Of a stretch of DNA of 64,000 nt, positions 59,294-64,000 are shown piece by piece; positions within the stretch are counted from its first letter, which is position 1, and each line of letters begins with the position of its first letter. Location of the stretch: positions 6,656,001 to 6,720,000 of the forward strand of contig OY759599.1 of the NCBI GenBank assembly GCA_963662465.1, given 5' to 3'. The notes beneath the pieces were generated by a model, which saw only the letters and a list, made by a program, of their open reading frames with translations, made no database searches and was not told the DNA's origin. The translations under genes and the position numbers were made by a program. The stretch is from Desulfatiglandales bacterium (GTDB taxonomy: Bacteria > Desulfobacterota > DSM-4660 > Desulfatiglandales > Desulfatiglandaceae).

Positions 59294-59851
59294 TTAAAGG
59301 GCGCAGGTCGTCTTTATGGCTAAAAAGATGGCGTTAAACACGTCCGTTAACCTCAAAATCCCAATAATATCGTCTCCCCTGGTTACCAGCAGAGATTGAT
59401 GGTGCCCCATTACCAATTGATGGCAGGCCATTTCCAGGGAAGCCGTCTCGCTGACATACTCCCCTTCGCTGGGCGTATGCATGAAATCCTTGACTTTTAC
59501 GGCGGTGGCCTTTTTGCAGATATCCGTGAGGGGCTTTTGCCAGAGATAGTTCTGTTCCAGTATGGATGAAATAAATTTACGGCTCAGGCCGAACCGCGAC
59601 AAAGACTTGATATCACCCATTTCACCATATTTGGGCTCCAATGCTTTTATGATGTCTAACTGGCTCAACTTGCCTACAATCTTATTCTTTTTGTTGTATG
59701 CCAGAACGGCCCGGTGTTTATAGGGTAGATGTTCAAATTTACTTTGTGCTTCTTCCAAGGCCAGAACGGCCTCGTAAAGGGTTGCGCTATCTGAGACCGT
59801 GGCGTACTCTTCAAGCGGTACCATGAGTTCTTTTATTGATATGGTTTTCAT
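59294..59851 (-). CDS. CBS domain protein
   Basis: Tandem CBS pair (IKELMVP...VGKLS; VKDFM...IGILRLTD). Confidence 0.88.
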   Translation of the reverse strand: MKTISIKELMVPLEEYATVSDSATLYEAVLALEEAQSKFEHLPYKHRAVLAYNKKNKIVGKLSQLDIIKALEPKYGEMGDIKSLSRFGLSRKFISSILEQNYLWQKPLTDICKKATAVKVKDFMHTPSEGEYVSETASLEMACHQLVMGHHQSLLVTRGDDIIGILRLTDVFNAIFLAIKTTCAL

Positions 59852-59894
59852 AATATATTTTCCTTAATTTGTATTCTGAACATTTTAACGGCGG

Positions 59895-59923
59895 ATAATA
59901 AAAATTCGACTTGTCAAAGTCAA
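59895..59923 (-). promoter_or_regulatory. Putative sigma70 promoter of the CBS-SLC13 operon
   Basis: TTGACT-17 bp-TATTAT on the minus strand. Confidence 0.55.
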
Positions 59924-60096
59924 GAGATTTGCTGTTGGGCCGTTATTCTTTTTGCCGACGCCCATTTAAATATTCCCGGATACAATCTTAAAAGCATTGA
60001 AAATTGATCCCACAATAATTTATAGTGGGCGCGAACGGTTTCAATTTATAAAAGGTTTTAATTGAAAATAAACTATCCTGATCAGGAGCTGTAATT

Positions 60097-61803
60097 ATGT
60101 CGCAGTGTATCGTTGTTATTGGGGCGGTTGCTTTAGGACCCAAGGCCGCCTGCCGTTTTAAAAGACTTGAACCCGATTCGAAGGTTATAATGGTTGATCA
60201 GTCGGATCTCATTTCCTACGGGGGCTGTGGAATTCCCTATTTTGTATCTGGAGACGTCAGTGATGCGAATCAGCTTCAGTCAACCAGCTTTCATATGGTT
60301 CGCAATGTGGAATTTTTCCATAATGTGAAAGATATTGATGTTTTGATTAACACCAGGGCTTTATCCATCGATCGAAAAGCCAAGACCGTGAGACTGCAAA
60401 ATGTGCTGGATCAACGAGAGGACAATCTGCATTATGACCAACTGGTGCTGGCTACCGGCAGTCGGCCCAAACGATTGCCCATTCCCGGCGCCGATCTGAA
60501 AGGTGTTTTTACGGTATCGAGTCTCAATGAGGCCGTGGCTATCAAGCAGGAGCTTGCCGATGGTGGGGTTGAAAAAGCCGTCGTTATCGGGGCCGGGGCC
60601 ATCGGACTTGAAATGGCGGAAGCCCTGGCGGATCTATGGGGGATCGACACCACGGTTATCGCAAGGGCCGATCAAATTTTATCCCGCATTGTCAGTCCTA
60701 ATATGGCCCGCATGGCTCAATGTCATCTGGAAGAAAATGGTGTTTCAGTCCATCTGGGTGAAATGGTTCTGAAGCTTGAAGGGACGGATCGGGTGGAAAA
60801 GGTGATTACCGACAAGGGGACCATTGATGCGAATATGGTGATCATGGCCGTCGGCGTTGTTCCAAACAGCGATCTTGCCGGGGAAGCCGGTCTTGAGGTT
60901 TCATCCGGCGGGGCCATTGTGGTCAATGAGCGGATGGAAACGTCGGACCCGCATATTTTTGCCGGAGGAGACTGTGTGGAGATTCGTAATTTGCTCACCG
61001 GAAAACCCGGGTTCTTCCCCTCCGGTTCTCTGGCAAACCGGCAAGGGCGGGTCATCGGTACAAATCTTGCGGGTGGAAACGCCAGGTTTGAGGGGGCTGT
61101 CGGAACCTTCGTTATAAAAATTTTCGAAATATCCCTTGCCAGCGCGGGAATGAGCCTGAAAATTGCGAAAGCTGAGGAATGGGACGCCTTGAGCGTCTTT
61201 GTTTCACAGTTTGATTGTGCTCATTTTTTTCCGGAGAAAGATCTCATGTACCTGGAGCTCATCGTGGACCGAAAAACAGCGAGAGTTCTCGGGATTCAGG
61301 GGTTTGGCGCCATGACGGACGCGGTTTTCGCCAGAGTCAACGCTGTTGCCGCCATCCTCAAGGATGGTCCCACCACCAATGATATCAGCAACCTTGAACT
61401 CCTCTATGCGCCGCCTTTCTCAGCGGCCATGGATATCCTAAATGCTTTGGGTAATACGGCCGAAAACGTTTTAAGAGAAAAAAATGAATTGATTGATGTG
61501 GACCAATTTGCAAAATGGTGGCAGGATAGAGCAGATAATGACGCCGTTTTTCTGGATTGTCGGGGCTGGGGGAATGCGAAACCCTTTGTGGAAAAATATT
61601 CTGATGACTGGAAAAGCATTCCTCAGGATGAACTTAGAATGCGCATGGATGAGGTTCCCAGGGATAAGCCCCTGGTTCTTATTTGCAATACGGGTGTTCG
61701 TTCCTACGAAGCACAGTTGAATTTGCGGCAGGTGGGGATTACCAATACTTACAATCTTCAAGGTGGCATGGCCACTGTTAAACAGTGGGGTCTGGATCTT
61801 TAA
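60097..61803 (+). CDS. FAD-dependent CoA-disulfide/persulfide reductase with rhodanese domain (Npsr/CoADR-RHD-like)
   Basis: SYGGCGIPY redox Cys, ATGS, GAGAIG, YAPPFS, rhodanese CNTGVRS. Confidence 0.9.
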   Translation: MSQCIVVIGAVALGPKAACRFKRLEPDSKVIMVDQSDLISYGGCGIPYFVSGDVSDANQLQSTSFHMVRNVEFFHNVKDIDVLINTRALSIDRKAKTVRLQNVLDQREDNLHYDQLVLATGSRPKRLPIPGADLKGVFTVSSLNEAVAIKQELADGGVEKAVVIGAGAIGLEMAEALADLWGIDTTVIARADQILSRIVSPNMARMAQCHLEENGVSVHLGEMVLKLEGTDRVEKVITDKGTIDANMVIMAVGVVPNSDLAGEAGLEVSSGGAIVVNERMETSDPHIFAGGDCVEIRNLLTGKPGFFPSGSLANRQGRVIGTNLAGGNARFEGAVGTFVIKIFEISLASAGMSLKIAKAEEWDALSVFVSQFDCAHFFPEKDLMYLELIVDRKTARVLGIQGFGAMTDAVFARVNAVAAILKDGPTTNDISNLELLYAPPFSAAMDILNALGNTAENVLREKNELIDVDQFAKWWQDRADNDAVFLDCRGWGNAKPFVEKYSDDWKSIPQDELRMRMDEVPRDKPLVLICNTGVRSYEAQLNLRQVGITNTYNLQGGMATVKQWGLDL

Positions 61804-61863
61804 GCACCGTTTACGGTTGACAATAGAATAATAAAATCAATAAGATGATGGAGGCACAGGCGA

Positions 61864-62274
61864 ATGGATTTTGGCATTATGCAAAAAGCACTGAAGGACT
61901 GTTCTCTGTTTCGAGATCTGGATCAGGGCCAATTGGGCCTTTTGGCCATGAACGCTGAGGCAAAACAGTTTTTTGTGGAGGATACCGTCTATCGGCAGGG
62001 AGATGATGCTGACGGTTCCTTTGCCCTCATTGTTTCAGGGAAACTGGAGGTGATAACCCAAAAGGGGTATGTTTTGAAAACATTGTGTACTGGTGAAATC
62101 ATTGGCGAAGTCGGTACCATCAGTCAACAGGGAAAACGTACGGTAACGCTGAAAGCCGTTGAGCCCGCAACCCTGCTGCAATGGAATATTCAGGATATCG
62201 GAAATACTTCTCCGTCATTATTAAAAAAACTCAAGAATTTGGCGTGGCGGAGAATAAAAGATTGGAATGAATAG
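61864..62274 (+). CDS. Cyclic nucleotide-binding domain protein
   Basis: LFRDL, YRQGD, IVSGKLEV, GEIIGE...RTVT. Confidence 0.85.
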   Translation: MDFGIMQKALKDCSLFRDLDQGQLGLLAMNAEAKQFFVEDTVYRQGDDADGSFALIVSGKLEVITQKGYVLKTLCTGEIIGEVGTISQQGKRTVTLKAVEPATLLQWNIQDIGNTSPSLLKKLKNLAWRRIKDWNE

Positions 62275-62301
62275 GTAAAAACCGATTGTGAAAATGGTGT
62301 C

Positions 62302-62330
62302 TTGCAATGAATGAAATCCTTTGGTATTCT
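62302..62330 (+). promoter_or_regulatory. Putative sigma70 promoter for the dodecin pair
   Basis: TTGCAA-17 bp-TATTCT. Confidence 0.5.
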
Positions 62331-62435
62331 GTGCTTCAATAGGTATTACGGATCGGCTTTTCAGAGGAGAGGGGGTGAATCTTGAGAACACCCGGGTTGT
62401 TGGCCAAAACATTCTAATGGAAAAGGAGGGTTGCA

Positions 62436-62645
62436 ATGGCTGGAAGCACATACAAAATTATTGAATTGGTGGGAACGAGCGACCAATCATGGGAAGAAGC
62501 TGCGAAAACAGCAATTGAGACGGCGGGGGAAAGCCTTAAGGATCTGAGAGTAGCGGAAGTTACCAAACTGGATTTAACCATCGAAAATGGAAAGGTGACC
62601 TCATTTCGAACCCGACTGAGTGTTTCATTTAAGTACGCCAAATAG
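62436..62645 (+). CDS. Dodecin family protein (copy 1)
   Basis: YKIIELVGTS..SWE.A, C-terminal VSFKY; GGAGG RBS. Confidence 0.92.
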   Translation: MAGSTYKIIELVGTSDQSWEEAAKTAIETAGESLKDLRVAEVTKLDLTIENGKVTSFRTRLSVSFKYAK

Positions 62646-62739
62646 GGTAAACATCGAGGCAAAACCTTCCGCGTTTAACCCCCATTTTGGGTTTACCGGG
62701 TTGTTGGCCAAAACATTCTAATGGAAGAGGAGGGTTACG

Positions 62740-62949
62740 ATGGCTGGAAGCACATATAAAATTATTGAATTGGTAGGTACGAGCGACCAATCGTGGGAAG
62801 ACGCAACAAGAACAGCAATTGAGACGGCGGGCGAAAGCCTCAAGGATTTGAGGGTAGCGGAAATTACCAAACTGGATGTCACCATCGAAAATGGAAAGGT
62901 GACCTCATTTCGAACCCGACTGAGTGTTTCATTTAAGTACGCCAAATAG
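62740..62949 (+). CDS. Dodecin family protein (copy 2)
   Basis: 64/69 aa identical to copy 1. Confidence 0.92.
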   Translation: MAGSTYKIIELVGTSDQSWEDATRTAIETAGESLKDLRVAEITKLDVTIENGKVTSFRTRLSVSFKYAK

Positions 62950-63029
62950 GGTAAACATTAAGGCAAGACCTTCTGCGTTTAACCCTCATTTTAGGTTTAC
63001 CGCAAATTATCCGAGGAGCATCGCTGAAT

Positions 63030-63647
63030 ATGCCCAGAAACAGACTAACGGTACTTGATCAAATTGCGGCCTCAGATAAGGTTCGGAAAAAGATCATAGA
63101 CGTCGCGAGTGCGCTATACGCCAAGAAAGGCTTTGGGGCCACTTCGATTCAGGAAATCTCCGAAGCCGCGAATGTTGCGCTTCCTGTTACCTACCATTAT
63201 GCCAAGAAGAAATCTGAGATTATGCGACTCATTATGGAAGATGTGTTGAACATTTTCCAGGAGAGCCTGATCAATGAAGTCAAGGACATTGTGGACCCTG
63301 TAGAGAAGCTGGCCATTGCGGTTATCCTTTACCTCAGGGTGCTGGATCAGCAACGGGAAAAGGTGCTGCTTATCTATCAGAAATCCAGTTCAATGGACAG
63401 GAATTCAAAAACGCGGATCATGGCGCTTGAAGTTGAGGTCAGTGAAATTTTTTCGAATATCATTAATGAGGGGATTGCGCAGGGGGTCTTCAAGACGGTT
63501 GATGTTGACCTTATGGCCTACAACATTTTGATGTTATCTCACATGTGGATATTGAAGCACTGGCATTTTAAGAACCGGCTGACATTGGATAAGTACATTG
63601 ACAGTCAGTTGGTGACGATTCTGGATGCCCTCCGGGTAAAATATTAA
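63030..63647 (+). CDS. TetR/AcrR family transcriptional regulator
   Basis: KGFGATSIQEISEAANV...YHYAKKK HTH; GIAQGVF. Confidence 0.92.
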   Translation: MPRNRLTVLDQIAASDKVRKKIIDVASALYAKKGFGATSIQEISEAANVALPVTYHYAKKKSEIMRLIMEDVLNIFQESLINEVKDIVDPVEKLAIAVILYLRVLDQQREKVLLIYQKSSSMDRNSKTRIMALEVEVSEIFSNIINEGIAQGVFKTVDVDLMAYNILMLSHMWILKHWHFKNRLTLDKYIDSQLVTILDALRVKY

Positions 63648-63700
63648 TGATGCTGTTTACGGTTGCCGGTGTACGGTTAAAAACCGGTAGCCGATAACTG

Positions 63701-64000
63701 CTACTGTCCCTTTTTTAAAATCAACAGGTTTCTCTTAAATTCCTTGCCTTTCAGGAGATATGGCTTTGAGTCGTAAATGCAAAGACCTTTCTCCTTTAAA
63801 AGAGGTTCACATTCCTCAAGAATATCCTTGAATTGATTCCCAAGAAAAGCAACCATCAGGCCCTCCGGCGCCAGATAGGGGGTACACCACTCGATGAGCC
63901 GCGGCAAAGGCGCCATGGCCCTTGACGTAATGATGTCGCATTTTGCAAATGGAAGATAGCGGGAGGGCTTTTCAATACGCTCTCTAATAACCTCTATCTC
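63701..64000 (-). CDS. rsmG: 16S rRNA m7G527 methyltransferase, 3' part (gene begins beyond the window)
   Basis: Frame open to the window end: ...RIE...DIITSRAMAPL...LAPEG...KRNLLILKK. Confidence 0.72.
   Translation of the reverse strand, partial: EIEVIRERIEKPSRYLPFAKCDIITSRAMAPLPRLIEWCTPYLAPEGLMVAFLGNQFKDILEECEPLLKEKGLCIYDSKPYLLKGKEFKRNLLILKKGQ

Larger units (their letters stand above)
62392..62999 (+). repeat. 304-bp tandem duplication containing RBS, dodecin gene and 3' UTR
   Basis: Units 62392-62695 and 62696-62999; CCG at 62392, 62696 and 63000. Confidence 0.92.

Overview
Chromosomal window from an anaerobic Desulfobacterota (deltaproteobacterium); this assignment is inferred from the 16S sequence and gene content. 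Bases 1-13.25 kb hold a head-to-tail array of at least three rRNA operons: one ITS carries tRNA-Ile and tRNA-Ala, the other complete ITS has no tRNA. The rest is mostly housekeeping, metabolic and signalling genes: HlyD/FUSC efflux pair, M20 amidohydrolase, cobQ, a four-subunit 2-oxoacid:ferredoxin oxidoreductase, a Fic protein, a chemosensory cluster ending in a hybrid kinase, gcvH-PA-PB, a CBS-SLC13-LbH-kinase-REC-REC operon, a CoA-disulfide reductase/rhodanese, duplicated dodecins, TetR and the 3' part of rsmG. The most interesting part is the accessory stretch at about 38.5-53 kb. It contains (i) a dead DDE transposase split by a 182-bp MITE (27-bp perfect inverted repeats, TAA duplication); (ii) a PD-(D/E)xK-like protein with a strong internal RBS/ATG that could yield an intragenic 65-aa antitoxin, by analogy with Rpn; (iii) a Cys-repeat lipoprotein plus a TSP3-OmpA protein; and (iv) an unusual exosortase locus. 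In that locus a ParA ATPase, a catalytically degenerate BY-kinase with a poly-C10 tract and a Wzz-like protein are transcribed divergently from exosortase, EpsI, a TPR lipoprotein and a secreted protein with a non-canonical PEP-CTERM-like tail. All functional calls come from motif recognition by eye; no searches were run.
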